Positions 32,801 through 42,544 of a stretch of DNA of 64,000 nucleotides are shown in pieces. Origin of the DNA: a virus (lineage: Duplodnaviria; Caudoviricetes); IMG/VR virus record IMGVR_UViG_3300028585_000020, positions 1 through 64,000 of that record; one strand, written 5' to 3'. Every line of letters starts with the position of its first letter. Position 1 is the stretch's first letter. The notes under the pieces are model-generated. The model ran no database searches. It was not told the origin of the DNA and worked only from the letters and a program-made list of their open reading frames with translations. Both the position numbers and the translations under genes were made by a program.

Positions 32801-35510
32801 GACACACTTTGGCGCTCTCCGCAAGGAAGCTGAAGGGTTGATTCAAGTTGTATCGATGTCTGAGCAAGCTGCTGATGCACTCCGTAAACGTGCTGATGCG
32901 ATGGACACTTACAAGAAGCAGCAGGAAGCAATCGTCAAGCTAAACTCCGCAGCAGACTCGTCACGTAACCGTGCAGAGGAGGCTAAAGAAGAAGCTGAAA
33001 CAATGCTCAAGTACGGCGAGAACACTAAGCTTGGTGCGATGGCTGTCGCTGAGTTGGTTATTCAGAAATCAAAGCTCGATGATATCACTGGAAAAATTGC
33101 TAAGAGTGCTTTGCGTGAAGCAGCAGCCACAGAGCAATTGAACTCGGCATATAATGATTTGTTGAAGCAACAGATTGATATTAACAAAGCTTCGCAAGAT
33201 GCACAAGCAGAAAGCCGATTGATCTTTGCTAGTAGTGAAGCTGAAAAAGTTTCTATTGCTAACGAAACTCGCAAGAAACTTCTGGCGATTGAGTACCAGA
33301 AAGCACAGGATGCGTACATCGCTAAAGAGACATCTGGCACAGCACGCCCAGAAGATTTTGAAACTTACAGTAAAGCTTACAACGCTTACATTGAAACGTC
33401 AAATAAATCTGACCGTCTCGCATCAATGGAAACCAACAATCTGAAATTGAAAGATTGGAAGAAAACAATTGATGACATTGAGCAAATTGGGCGTGAAGGT
33501 TTCTACAATCTGACAGAGAAAGGTACGAGCCTCTGGAAAAGCATGGCAACCACTTTCAAGAGCATGTTCAAGACTACGGTTATGGACTACATCTATAAAG
33601 AGTTTGCAAAGCCTCTGATGCTGAAAGTGATTGCGTCGGTTGCTGGCTTCATTGGTGCAGACGATTTGTCGAATGCAGCTAATGCGATGGGGGGAGATAA
33701 AGCATCTTCAATCACTGGCACTGCAACGAAGCTGTACGACATCTTTAAAGGTGGTGGGAAGTTTGAATCTACAATTTCAAAAAGCGTAAGCACTGGCTTT
33801 GAGAAACTTGGGTTCTCTTCTTCTAATTCCGCTACGGCAGGTAAGTGGGCAGGGACAGCGGGAAATATTGTGGCTGGATATACAGCAGGTAGTACAGTTA
33901 ATAAAGCTATTTCGGGTGGCTACGAAACTGGCAACGGTTTCATGAAAGCCGAGAAGATTGCTACAGCAGCAGCTAGTGCAGTGTTTGGCCCGATTGGGGG
34001 GGCAGTCGCTGGGGCAGTGTCGGGATTAGTCAATCGTGCATTCGGACGCAAGCCTAAAGAGATTACCTCGGAAGGTATTCGCGGCACAATTTCCAGTGAT
34101 ACCACTTCAGGCCAATCATACTCTGATTGGATGCAAAAAGGTGGTTGGTTCCGTTCAGATAAAAAAGGTACTGACACTTCTGCGTTGAACTCGGACATCG
34201 TGAATTCGTTCACTAGTGGCCTTAACGAGATGAAAGCTTCGTCGTATGACTTTGCAAAGAATCTCGGAATCAACTCGACAGAACTGCAAGGGTACACGAA
34301 AGCATTTGACATCAAACTCACGGATGACGCCGAAGCCAATCAAAAAGCAATTTCTGATTTCTTTGTCAGCATCGGCGATGAAATGGCAACTCGGCTTATC
34401 CCAAATATTTCAGCATTTGCTAAGCAAGGAGAATCTGCTTCTCAGACAATGGAGCGCCTTTCCAGTGTGTTTGCCACAACGCAGCAAGTGGCGGATATTC
34501 TTGGGCGTTCTGTGCAGCAGATGTTTGGACAAGCAGGGCTAGGTTCAGCGGGGGCACGTTCGTTGTTGGTTGATTTGTCGGGGGGTGTTGATAGCCTTGC
34601 TCAGAAAACTACAGCGTACATGAATGCAATTTACACAGATTCTCAGAAACTTGAGCCTGTGCAGAAAGCATTGAGCGATGCAATGGCAAGTTTGGGGTAC
34701 AGCGGAATCAAGACAAAGCAGCAGTTTAAAGCTGTGGTTGATGGATTGCAATTGACTGATGAAGCAAGTATTCGCACATTTAACGCTTTGTTGGAGTTGG
34801 CCCCTGCGTTTGGGCAAGTTGCAGATGCAGCAGAAGCTGTAGCTAAAGAATCTGCAAGCAGCATGACTTCGGCAATTGATCGCCTCAAAGAGTTTGGCAA
34901 TTCTATCCGAGACTTCCGAAATGGATTAGTGCTGGGTAATCTGTCTACTCTAACTCCTGAGCAGAAACTTGCAGCAGCAGCTAGTCAGTATCAGACAACG
35001 CTCCAAAAAGCTGTGTCGGGTGATGAAAATGCACAAGGAAACTTGACGAACATCGCTCAAGCCTATCTAGAAGCTGGTCGTACATTATACGCCAGCAGTG
35101 ATGCTTACTCGACTATTTTTGATAAGGTGCAATCTGATCTGGATATGACTAGTAAGTGGGCTGATACTGAAGTGAGCGTTATGCAGAAGCAGCTAGACGC
35201 TTTGAGCAGCATTGATAACACACTGAACAACATGTTCAATTCCTCTGGCGGCTTTACATCCTCGGCAACTCCTGTGGTTAGTGTTGCTGCGACTTCGCAA
35301 GGGGGCAACAGAGAAACCTCGGAAGCTGTGGCGTTGCTGACAGCAGCAGTGGCTCAAGGGAATGAGAATGTTGTAGCAGAAATTCGCAAGTTGGCTGGTG
35401 CAACATACGACTCTAATTTTGAAGCTTCTAACAATACAGTTGCAGGAGTTAGTGAGGCAATCAAGTCTAGCTCAAATAAAACTGGGACGTATGTTGTTGC
35501 ACAACGTTAA
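29859..35510 (+). CDS. tape measure protein
   Basis: 1883 aa, Ala-rich helical, TP901-type core; position after chaperones. Confidence 0.95.
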   Translation: MSLEASGLKVVVESHGITNAADALNKLAVAGDKAEKSTKKLAQTDKATQASADKSAKTWYDLVDKVSKAKEKEYNLLQRHNNRVYAMAQAEANKMNSVMDRINQQDAAKFAKRRAQEQKQIEQLDMIRRNAAAKEYARAQADGNRLNTLMDRQRKQQEAAAKASAERQRVMNSTYSSSSLAQQIATLQRAQSYGNLGGNVSQRYGSNVAGAVSGGELERLQRQYRQLQLEARRANATMADTHAAVRGLSGSLGALWLTYGNLLPLIAGAAVGMAIKGVVAIGADIEHTLEKIRVLAVTTTAEVDQMRKVVFELGQGVQGPKDVANALSVLTLAGLDAQEAMQGVGATLNLAVAGDVSIEKASTTLVQISTSLGYTARDFGHIADVVAKTAAASMSSVDSISGAFLSAAAVGEVYGASLQDIGLGLATVANLGIQATAAGTTLKNFYADLSKGTEKSTKTLKDMGLSLRDLKDSNGGFIDLVELVTKLEQGFAKLDPQARGEAMDKLFGERGIKTGAALIKQVNTLSTEFDQFGNVYKNKLLEVAGEIEKSAAFATTAALAMSQTATNQMKSVGNTLQVTLAKAFESIAPQIGQVARALKVAFASPEFLNGIKIIATAVANLTLFIVEHAKQIAIMVAAYAGWKIGVFAAGLITMAKSFDIAKVAARGFTASLGPLGLAITALGIAWELYGNQKNKAITDNDANAGSLDEYAKGLKDAAIKEAEALRMRKAGTSELEIARKEQLASDKAASAKLVEASAEGVRAMKLSLDQQYSALSENEKKRAQMIRNGEVSSGSRNTVNYLDTVNKYMGAYNKHLDTVKDIQTAEHALFRDRQENGRLADEAAKKGWIKPTGTGELGGGDMEKAAQKAAKFHQNESLELNKLAAGYEAKNAAMRQSIELGKHVAAEAQQAIVLENLAAGKYGSKSKSNVLYQSQLRLAVLADEAKAENEKLKKVNEFATKIAELEAAQKAYNVEATEGSMTHFGALRKEAEGLIQVVSMSEQAADALRKRADAMDTYKKQQEAIVKLNSAADSSRNRAEEAKEEAETMLKYGENTKLGAMAVAELVIQKSKLDDITGKIAKSALREAAATEQLNSAYNDLLKQQIDINKASQDAQAESRLIFASSEAEKVSIANETRKKLLAIEYQKAQDAYIAKETSGTARPEDFETYSKAYNAYIETSNKSDRLASMETNNLKLKDWKKTIDDIEQIGREGFYNLTEKGTSLWKSMATTFKSMFKTTVMDYIYKEFAKPLMLKVIASVAGFIGADDLSNAANAMGGDKASSITGTATKLYDIFKGGGKFESTISKSVSTGFEKLGFSSSNSATAGKWAGTAGNIVAGYTAGSTVNKAISGGYETGNGFMKAEKIATAAASAVFGPIGGAVAGAVSGLVNRAFGRKPKEITSEGIRGTISSDTTSGQSYSDWMQKGGWFRSDKKGTDTSALNSDIVNSFTSGLNEMKASSYDFAKNLGINSTELQGYTKAFDIKLTDDAEANQKAISDFFVSIGDEMATRLIPNISAFAKQGESASQTMERLSSVFATTQQVADILGRSVQQMFGQAGLGSAGARSLLVDLSGGVDSLAQKTTAYMNAIYTDSQKLEPVQKALSDAMASLGYSGIKTKQQFKAVVDGLQLTDEASIRTFNALLELAPAFGQVADAAEAVAKESASSMTSAIDRLKEFGNSIRDFRNGLVLGNLSTLTPEQKLAAAASQYQTTLQKAVSGDENAQGNLTNIAQAYLEAGRTLYASSDAYSTIFDKVQSDLDMTSKWADTEVSVMQKQLDALSSIDNTLNNMFNSSGGFTSSATPVVSVAATSQGGNRETSEAVALLTAAVAQGNENVVAEIRKLAGATYDSNFEASNNTVAGVSEAIKSSSNKTGTYVVAQR

Positions 35511-35562
35511 AGTTTCTAGATGTGTAAGAAACTTGCAAAATGTTTGATGAAAGGTTATAATT

Positions 35563-37071
35563 ATGGTTAATTACGCGGCATGGCTTAAAAACCCTGCCGC
35601 TCCCCGTATTATTATCGTAGAGGTGAAAGTAAAGAGTGGCGGACAAGAAACAACCCGCTATCTCTCTACTGCACACTACGTAACCTCTCCTTCTGACACT
35701 CCTTCTAATCAATACTACGAGCCAGTGCTTACTGCTGGCTTTCAGTATGTTGAACAGTTGGATTTGACAGGAGAAGGTGGTTTGTCTGGCGGTGATGTTG
35801 AAATTGCCAATTACAACGGGGAGCGGGACAGTTGGTTGAATGATATTTGGGATAACCGCAGTATTGTAGCATGGATTGGTGATCCTAGTTGGAACCGTAG
35901 TGATTTCCAAATGATCTTTAATGGTGCTGTAGCATCTATTGATTGCCGTAGCAGAGACACACTTGTCTTAATGCTTCGGGACAAAATGCAAATGCTGGAT
36001 ACCCCCGCCACAGACAGTAAGATTGGTGGTACGGGAACTAACAAAGGTGATGTAGTGAGTCTCTGCTTCGGAGAAGCGCACAATGTAACTCCGGATATTA
36101 TTACTAGTACAGACGGTAGTAGTGCACGTCTCACAACTTATAAAGTTCACGACACAACGATTGAGAGATTCCTTGAGGTTAGGGATAACGGAGTTCCTAT
36201 CGCCAATGACAACATTGGTTGGTCGAAAGTTACAAGAAACCTCTCCAACGGGACATTCACATTAAATCAATCCTCGGAAGGGACGATTACAGCATCCGTT
36301 CAAGGGGATAAGAACACCACGTTCAAGCCAACTATTGCTTCCCTTGTTCGTAGGTTGGCAACATCTTATGGAACTGTTGAGTCTAGATATTCTTCGGGGG
36401 ATATTGACGAAAATAATTTTACATCTTTCGATATCCAATGTTCACAGCCTGTAGGAACATTTTTACAAGGGACTTCTAACGTTCTGCTTACTTGCCAAGA
36501 ATTGGCAGCAAGCGTAGATGCAAGATTGGTTACGTCAAGGCTTGGGAAGCTACGCCTTATTCAAGTTAGTGTGCCGGGTGTAGGTACCCCTGTTGAAATT
36601 AATTCTAATCAAATTGTATTAGATTCTCTGAGGATTTCGGCGCGCCCGTTTGTGAAGGCGTCTGTAACTCTGGGATTTAACAAGAACTACACAGTTCAAA
36701 AGGACTTGCTGACAGGTATCCCCGACGAACATAAGCAGATGTTTTCAGACGAGTGGCTTACAGTAACGTCTACTAACAACACTGTCAAGTCAGATTACAA
36801 ATTAAACACTGCGCCAGAGCAGACTAACACATTGTTGCTTCGTAGAACAGACGCAGCCTTAGAAGCAGACCGCCGTAGGTTATTGTGGAGCAAGCAACGA
36901 ACAGTGTTTCAGTTTGAGGGAACTTCAGATTTGATTGATTCTTTGGAGCTTGGTAGAGCAGTTTTGCTGAAGCATCACAGGTATGGTTTGTCGCAAGGCG
37001 TAGAGGGCACAGTTGTATCGCTATCTCCAAATTGGTTCACAGGGAGGATTGTGGTAGGTATTTTAACATAA
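35563..37071 (+). CDS. tail tip/hub protein
   Basis: 502 aa after TMP; FGEAHNVTP, VRDNGVP motifs. Confidence 0.7.
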   Translation: MVNYAAWLKNPAAPRIIIVEVKVKSGGQETTRYLSTAHYVTSPSDTPSNQYYEPVLTAGFQYVEQLDLTGEGGLSGGDVEIANYNGERDSWLNDIWDNRSIVAWIGDPSWNRSDFQMIFNGAVASIDCRSRDTLVLMLRDKMQMLDTPATDSKIGGTGTNKGDVVSLCFGEAHNVTPDIITSTDGSSARLTTYKVHDTTIERFLEVRDNGVPIANDNIGWSKVTRNLSNGTFTLNQSSEGTITASVQGDKNTTFKPTIASLVRRLATSYGTVESRYSSGDIDENNFTSFDIQCSQPVGTFLQGTSNVLLTCQELAASVDARLVTSRLGKLRLIQVSVPGVGTPVEINSNQIVLDSLRISARPFVKASVTLGFNKNYTVQKDLLTGIPDEHKQMFSDEWLTVTSTNNTVKSDYKLNTAPEQTNTLLLRRTDAALEADRRRLLWSKQRTVFQFEGTSDLIDSLELGRAVLLKHHRYGLSQGVEGTVVSLSPNWFTGRIVVGILT

Positions 37072-37081
37072 AGGAATTGAA

Positions 37082-39697
37082 ATGGCAGATGTAATTAATG
37101 ACAGGGACACACTCCTAATCGGCTCACCTCAAAGGGCCAACAATCCACTGAACGCAGATATTCTTCTCCAGCTAAGCACTCCTAGCGGTTTCAGGGTCGT
37201 CAACAATACAGGAACCCCTAGTACTATTACTATCACTGCCAACCTTATTAGCTTAGTAGGCACTGTTACTTTCACTGCTGTTGGTGCAACGATTACTGAT
37301 AACAGGGATAACACAGCTACACTGGCCTACCTTGACATGGCTGGCGATTCTGCCACTATCACTGCGCAGCTTAATTCAAATGGCGAAGTGTTCACCAGCA
37401 GCGTAGAGGTAGGTAAAATTTACAGCGGCGCAACATTTTACACTTGGGTTAAGTATGCGGATTCCGCAGCAGGGGTAGGTTTGAGTGATGACCCTACAGG
37501 AAAAGCTTACATCGGTTTTGCCTATAACAAAGCAACAGCCACTGAGTCTAATATAGCATCTGACTATGCGTTCTCTTTGATTAAAGGTACGGACGGACAA
37601 CCGGGCGGGCAAGGTGCTGATGGACAGACTTTGTACACTTGGATTAAATATTCTGATTTCTCAGATGGAACCGGGCTATACGACACACCAACTGCAAGCA
37701 CCCAGTACCTTGGAATTGCAGTCAACAAAACTACGTCCACCGAGTCCACCAATAAAGTAGATTATGTGTGGTCCAAATTTCGTGGGGATCAAGGAGTTCC
37801 GGGTAACACTGGCACGCCCGGTGCTACAGGGGATAAAACTGCAACTGTGTATCTTTACCAGTACGCACCGGCTGCGCCAGCAAAGCCAACGGGAACTTCA
37901 GGATACACTTGGGCCACTGCTGTAAATAGCACGTATAGTGCAAATGATGGTTGGAGTGTAGTGGTGCCGACCAATCCGGGCGGGCCTAATACAAGGTTGT
38001 ACGTGGCATCTGTGAATATCACAGCATCTGGCAACACAGCGTCAACAGTAGTATCTTACAGCAATTCTTCTGTTGCAGCTTGGACTCAAAATGGCGCTGA
38101 TGGTGTTAGCGGTGTACAAAGTGCTACGGCTATTGTGTATCAGTGGGCAGCATCTATTCCTACTGGCCCGATTGGATCAGGCACTTACACATGGAGTAAT
38201 GGGACATACGCTGCCCCAAGTGGTTGGTCGCTAGTTCCGCCTAACCCACCATCACAAGGTATCTCGCTGTGGGCTGCTCGTGTGAATATTGTGGATTCTG
38301 CCAAGAACGCAACAACTGAATTCAATTGGGCATCTGCTTCAATTTATGTTGCAGGTAGCTCCGGGGCGAATGGCAGCGCAGGGCCGAGTGGTGCATCATT
38401 CGTAATTGCCTACGCGGCTTCCACAAGCATCTCGTCTAACACTGCACCACCTCCTACAACAGGCAAAAACAGCGTCCCAGAGACTAATAGTGGCGGAATT
38501 GTTGGGACATATACAAAGACCGTACCTGCACTTGCAGAAGGCCAGCGGATGTTCCAAGTTGATGGCATTTATGATCCAACCACAAATCTTGTGACATGGA
38601 GTGTACCCTATTGGTCGGTGTTTAAGGTAGGCAGTCTTTCTGCTATCGTAGTAAACACTGGTAATTTGACAGTCACTGGCACTGTAAGTGATGCATCTGG
38701 AAATTGGAGTATCGACAGCAACGGCAAAATGACTGCAAAGAGTTTTGAACTGAGCACTTCCGATAATCAATTAATTTTGCAATCCGGTATCCCACTGTCT
38801 CGACAGACTGCAACAAGCCCCAATTTTGTACCATCAGTTAGGCAATGGAAAAGATGGACTGGAGGTGCTGTACCTCTGGGTGGCTCTGACAATACAGCAA
38901 ATGGGGAGTATATACATTTCCCCGCGAGTTCTGATAGTAAATTTGTCGAAACAGACATCCAGTTATTGCCCTACGCAGAAACGTATACGCTAAGTTGTTT
39001 GGCGATTAGTTATGGTCAACCGGGCGTGTTGGCTATTGATATTATAGGGTCTCCAAATTTGTTTGTCCGGGCATTTTTAGTGCAACCCCCTGTAGGGTCT
39101 TTGCAACAATATGTGGCAACATTCACTCTTCCGGGGGGCACATCAGGGGTTGTCATTAGGTGCCTAACAGGGAATGCAAATCAGGTGGAGGTGGCAGACA
39201 TTAAGTTGGAGACGGGGTACAAAGCAACAGCTTGGAGTGACAACGTAATCACTCCCGGAAATGCTGCGATGAAGGTGTTTCCTGATTCTATCACCAACAC
39301 ACAGTTTGGTGGCGACCTTTATAGCTCAAACTGGAACGGTGTTGTTGGGCCGGGAGGGGCGGGCTGGCTCTTGCAGCGCACAGGCACATTCTATGCTGGA
39401 GACGTCAGACTACGTGGGAATATTGCTGGAGGTTCTTTCAATGGCTACGCTTGGCCTGCGGCTGGTTTAACAGGGTATTACGTGGGTGCGGAAGGCGCTC
39501 TGTGGGGAAATCCAAACAACGGCTCTTATATACAAATTACAGCTACTGGCAATATCTACACACCAACCTTTCGCGTAGAAGACGGGCAAGTATCCATTAA
39601 ATCTGCTGACTCAGGCCAACGCACTGAGATTGATAAAAACGGCACTAGAGTGTATGCGCCGAACGGTCAGATGGTTGTAAGAATAGGGGTTTGGTAA
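37082..39697 (+). CDS. central tail fibre / host-specificity protein
   Basis: Two YTW.KY.D...G repeats, short Gly-X-Y linkers, CBM-like ...IKLETG..ATAWS domain, C-terminal RVY...G..VVRIGVW. Confidence 0.8.
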   Translation: MADVINDRDTLLIGSPQRANNPLNADILLQLSTPSGFRVVNNTGTPSTITITANLISLVGTVTFTAVGATITDNRDNTATLAYLDMAGDSATITAQLNSNGEVFTSSVEVGKIYSGATFYTWVKYADSAAGVGLSDDPTGKAYIGFAYNKATATESNIASDYAFSLIKGTDGQPGGQGADGQTLYTWIKYSDFSDGTGLYDTPTASTQYLGIAVNKTTSTESTNKVDYVWSKFRGDQGVPGNTGTPGATGDKTATVYLYQYAPAAPAKPTGTSGYTWATAVNSTYSANDGWSVVVPTNPGGPNTRLYVASVNITASGNTASTVVSYSNSSVAAWTQNGADGVSGVQSATAIVYQWAASIPTGPIGSGTYTWSNGTYAAPSGWSLVPPNPPSQGISLWAARVNIVDSAKNATTEFNWASASIYVAGSSGANGSAGPSGASFVIAYAASTSISSNTAPPPTTGKNSVPETNSGGIVGTYTKTVPALAEGQRMFQVDGIYDPTTNLVTWSVPYWSVFKVGSLSAIVVNTGNLTVTGTVSDASGNWSIDSNGKMTAKSFELSTSDNQLILQSGIPLSRQTATSPNFVPSVRQWKRWTGGAVPLGGSDNTANGEYIHFPASSDSKFVETDIQLLPYAETYTLSCLAISYGQPGVLAIDIIGSPNLFVRAFLVQPPVGSLQQYVATFTLPGGTSGVVIRCLTGNANQVEVADIKLETGYKATAWSDNVITPGNAAMKVFPDSITNTQFGGDLYSSNWNGVVGPGGAGWLLQRTGTFYAGDVRLRGNIAGGSFNGYAWPAAGLTGYYVGAEGALWGNPNNGSYIQITATGNIYTPTFRVEDGQVSIKSADSGQRTEIDKNGTRVYAPNGQMVVRIGVW

Positions 39698-39698
39698 A

Positions 39699-39971
39699 AT
39701 GCCTTCTGGAATGCAGTTATTTAATCTTAACGGAGTTTTAGCTTTTGATTCCAACTTCGCTACAGGAGGGGTTTGTCTGGATATTGTTTTTCTTCCGGGA
39801 GGGACTGTAACTTATTCTTTCCCCGAAGCTCCTATATCTTCCAACCCTTTCGTCATATTCGGTGCTGGATTTATTAATCTTCCTTGGTCTTATTCTCTGG
39901 TAAACAATGTCCCAACATTTACTTTTCCAGATAGTGTGGCAGGAGTTACGGTGGGGATGTATTTAAAATGA
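39699..39971 (+). CDS. minor tail tip protein
   Basis: GMQLFN.NG.LAFDSN N-terminus; after central fibre. Confidence 0.7.
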   Translation: MPSGMQLFNLNGVLAFDSNFATGGVCLDIVFLPGGTVTYSFPEAPISSNPFVIFGAGFINLPWSYSLVNNVPTFTFPDSVAGVTVGMYLK

Positions 39972-40696
39972 TAGGGTTCCAAATATTTAATCCTAGTGGA
40001 CAAATGGTAATGTCGAGTAATACAAAAAGTACCAGATGCTTAGGTAAGGCAAGTCATGTACAAACTGTACAACCTACCGGAGTTGTCGGAATGGCGTCGA
40101 GTCGAGTATCAGGATATTCTGTGTATACGTTCTCGCATAATGCACCAGTCCTGTGGGGAATTGATCTTCCTGTAGGTAGGAAAGTTGGAATCTCTACATC
40201 TTCTTACAGGAACGGTGTTCACACAATTGAAGTTTATTGCGGAGACTCTCCAGACAATGATGGGTTTGACGCACAATACCCCGTAGATGTGTGGGCATTT
40301 GGCACAGGTGTTTCCCCTTCGGGCAATTACGGTATTCAGCTATTTAGTACGAGTGGCATCCTAACTCACGACTTAGCTTTGCCTAATATCTCCTTTCCTG
40401 TGGCGGTTGGGGAAATTGGCACTTCATCTCAAGTTCCAGCTGGGGTAGGTCGCCCAATATCTGTAGGGACAAGCCCTTTTGTAAGAATTAGATATACCAA
40501 TATTGATCCGGATAACGAGAGTAATGGATATTACACCACACAAACTCGTAATTTTGTCATGAGAGACTCTGGTAATGTTGTGGCCTATTATGAAGGCACT
40601 ATTAACAAACGCACAAGTCCCGGTTTTAAGCCCGCAGACAATACAATTTCCTTCCCGTCTACGTTTTTTGTATCCGAAGGCATATTGCTGCCGTAA
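39968..40696 (+). CDS. minor tail tip protein
   Basis: GFQIFNPSG and internal YGIQLFSTSG repeats. Confidence 0.7.
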   Translation: MIGFQIFNPSGQMVMSSNTKSTRCLGKASHVQTVQPTGVVGMASSRVSGYSVYTFSHNAPVLWGIDLPVGRKVGISTSSYRNGVHTIEVYCGDSPDNDGFDAQYPVDVWAFGTGVSPSGNYGIQLFSTSGILTHDLALPNISFPVAVGEIGTSSQVPAGVGRPISVGTSPFVRIRYTNIDPDNESNGYYTTQTRNFVMRDSGNVVAYYEGTINKRTSPGFKPADNTISFPSTFFVSEGILLP

Positions 40697-40713
40697 CCAA
40701 TATAAGGAATAAT

Positions 40714-41394
40714 ATGGCAATCTTAAAAAGTATAAGGCTAGACACGGGAGTAAGTGTATCTTACCACACCGTAACAAAAATCGAAATAGATGACGTAAAT
40801 AAACTGTTACGAGTGGATTTAAAATCTCATGCTGACGAAGAGAGCGCTCTGAACGGATTGCCCGCTGCATGGTGTTGGAGCTTGTCAACTGGCTCTGTAG
40901 TCGATAATGTATATGCGCTGATTGGAGACTTGGAAACGTACGTTGTCAATACCTTCGATATTTTTAAAGACAGTATCACAACGCCTGATTTGACCAACTC
41001 ACTAACCGCCCTCAAACGACGCAAAATGGTGGAAATCAGAACAAAATGTGAAGCTCAGATTTACGAAGGATTTAAGTGTTCTGCTTTGGGGGAGGAATTC
41101 TTGTACCCTGCTAAGAGCACAGACCAGACGAATTTGATGGCGTCTGTCACAGACTCTCTGATAGAGCCTCCAGAGTCCAATTGGACTACACCGTTCTGGT
41201 GTGCAGACGAAGATGGTGTTTGGGAATTCAGGGATCACAGTGTCGCTCAGATACAAGTTGTAGGGCGGTGCGGTAAGGTGGCAATCCTTGATGCAATGCG
41301 CCGTAACGAAATCATTCAACGAATAATCCAAGCGTCCTCAGAGGCTGATCTTCAGGGGATTACATGGGATATGAATCTGGAGCCGTATGCCTAA
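40714..41394 (+). CDS. tail fibre assembly-type protein (DUF4376-like C-terminus)
   Basis: GF.CSALG....YP....DQTNL....W..P.WCAD..G.W.FR.HS.AQI..VG...L..I.W. Confidence 0.7.
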   Translation: MAILKSIRLDTGVSVSYHTVTKIEIDDVNKLLRVDLKSHADEESALNGLPAAWCWSLSTGSVVDNVYALIGDLETYVVNTFDIFKDSITTPDLTNSLTALKRRKMVEIRTKCEAQIYEGFKCSALGEEFLYPAKSTDQTNLMASVTDSLIEPPESNWTTPFWCADEDGVWEFRDHSVAQIQVVGRCGKVAILDAMRRNEIIQRIIQASSEADLQGITWDMNLEPYA

Positions 41395-42199
41395 TATCCG
41401 AATTGTGTACGACAACGCAGCCAATAGAGCAACAATCACTTCTTCGTCTGTTGTCAGTTCCCTACCTGCTGCTAATTTGCTGAGTGACATCAAGAGTATG
41501 GTTTGCAGAGGTACAGGAACAGCGCTTACATTGACACTTACGTGGACCACTCCTGAGGAAATAGATTGTACGGCATTTGCATTTACTAATGCCAGTGTTA
41601 ACGCAATAATCAGTGTGGAAGGGTACACTGAGATAGGTGATACAATCCCTGTTTACAACAAATCAAATCTTGCCTCTCTTGGATCAGTTACAGATGTGAA
41701 GGGAGTTAATAATCTTGCGTACGGCTCAGGGGTGTATGCTACTCATTGGCTTGATTCTACAATCACTGTACGTAAGCTTGTAATTACATTGTTCGATCCT
41801 TCTAACGCTCAAGGTTATATCGAGGCAGGCAGGCTTATTGTCGGTAAATACTGGCAACCATCCTTCGGTGTAGAACAAGAAGGTACATCGTTGACAATGG
41901 TAGATTCTAGCACACAGTTTAGAACAGAAGCAGGTGATATGCACATTACGGTCAAACCACGCTACAGAAAGCAAACTCTGTCTATGCCTTCGCTGAATAA
42001 GGCTGACCAGAAAAAGATGTGGACTATCCTATGGAACAACGGTATCGTAAAACCTCTGTTTCTCAGCCTACACCCTAATAATTCTGACAAAGAGCTTGAG
42101 CAATCCCATGTACTGTATGGAAGGCTCTCATCCAGCCCATCGATGCAAACACCCTATTTCTCATATCAGAGTGCCACTTTAGATATCGAAGAAATTTAA
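41387..42199 (+). CDS. minor tail protein (distal-tail-like)
   Basis: MPNIRIVYDNAA.RA...EAGRLIVG.YWQP...D.S...RT.AG pattern. Confidence 0.6.
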   Translation: MPNIRIVYDNAANRATITSSSVVSSLPAANLLSDIKSMVCRGTGTALTLTLTWTTPEEIDCTAFAFTNASVNAIISVEGYTEIGDTIPVYNKSNLASLGSVTDVKGVNNLAYGSGVYATHWLDSTITVRKLVITLFDPSNAQGYIEAGRLIVGKYWQPSFGVEQEGTSLTMVDSSTQFRTEAGDMHITVKPRYRKQTLSMPSLNKADQKKMWTILWNNGIVKPLFLSLHPNNSDKELEQSHVLYGRLSSSPSMQTPYFSYQSATLDIEEI

Positions 42200-42211
42200 A
42201 TAGGAAAAACT

Positions 42212-42544
42212 ATGAACTTTGAACAACTATTGATGTGGGCATTAAATGGCTGTCTAGCTATTGCAGCCACTGTCCTGTGGTCAATCATCCAAGATTTGAA
42301 AACCAGCATTAAGGAAATTTCCACCAAGTGTGATGTTAAGTACAACGAAAACGAAACTCATATTGACAAAGTAGAGGCAGCGCTAATGGTACACCAATTG
42401 GACGTTAGTTCCCGCTTTGTCACTCGTGAAGAACTTAAACAGTTTATTCTATCCATCACACAAACACTAGACCGTCAGACAGACAAACTTGAAACACGGC
42501 TTGAGCGTATGGAAGAACGCATCTTAGACAGAGGACGAACATGA
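42212..42544 (+). CDS. single-TM coiled-coil protein, holin candidate
   Basis: N-terminal TM, FVTREEL motif, directly before endolysin. Confidence 0.5.
   Translation: MNFEQLLMWALNGCLAIAATVLWSIIQDLKTSIKEISTKCDVKYNENETHIDKVEAALMVHQLDVSSRFVTREELKQFILSITQTLDRQTDKLETRLERMEERILDRGRT

Noticed and set aside
37082-40696. Diversity-generating retroelement acting on the tail tip
   Set aside because: No reverse transcriptase or adenine-variable TR/VR pair seen in the window
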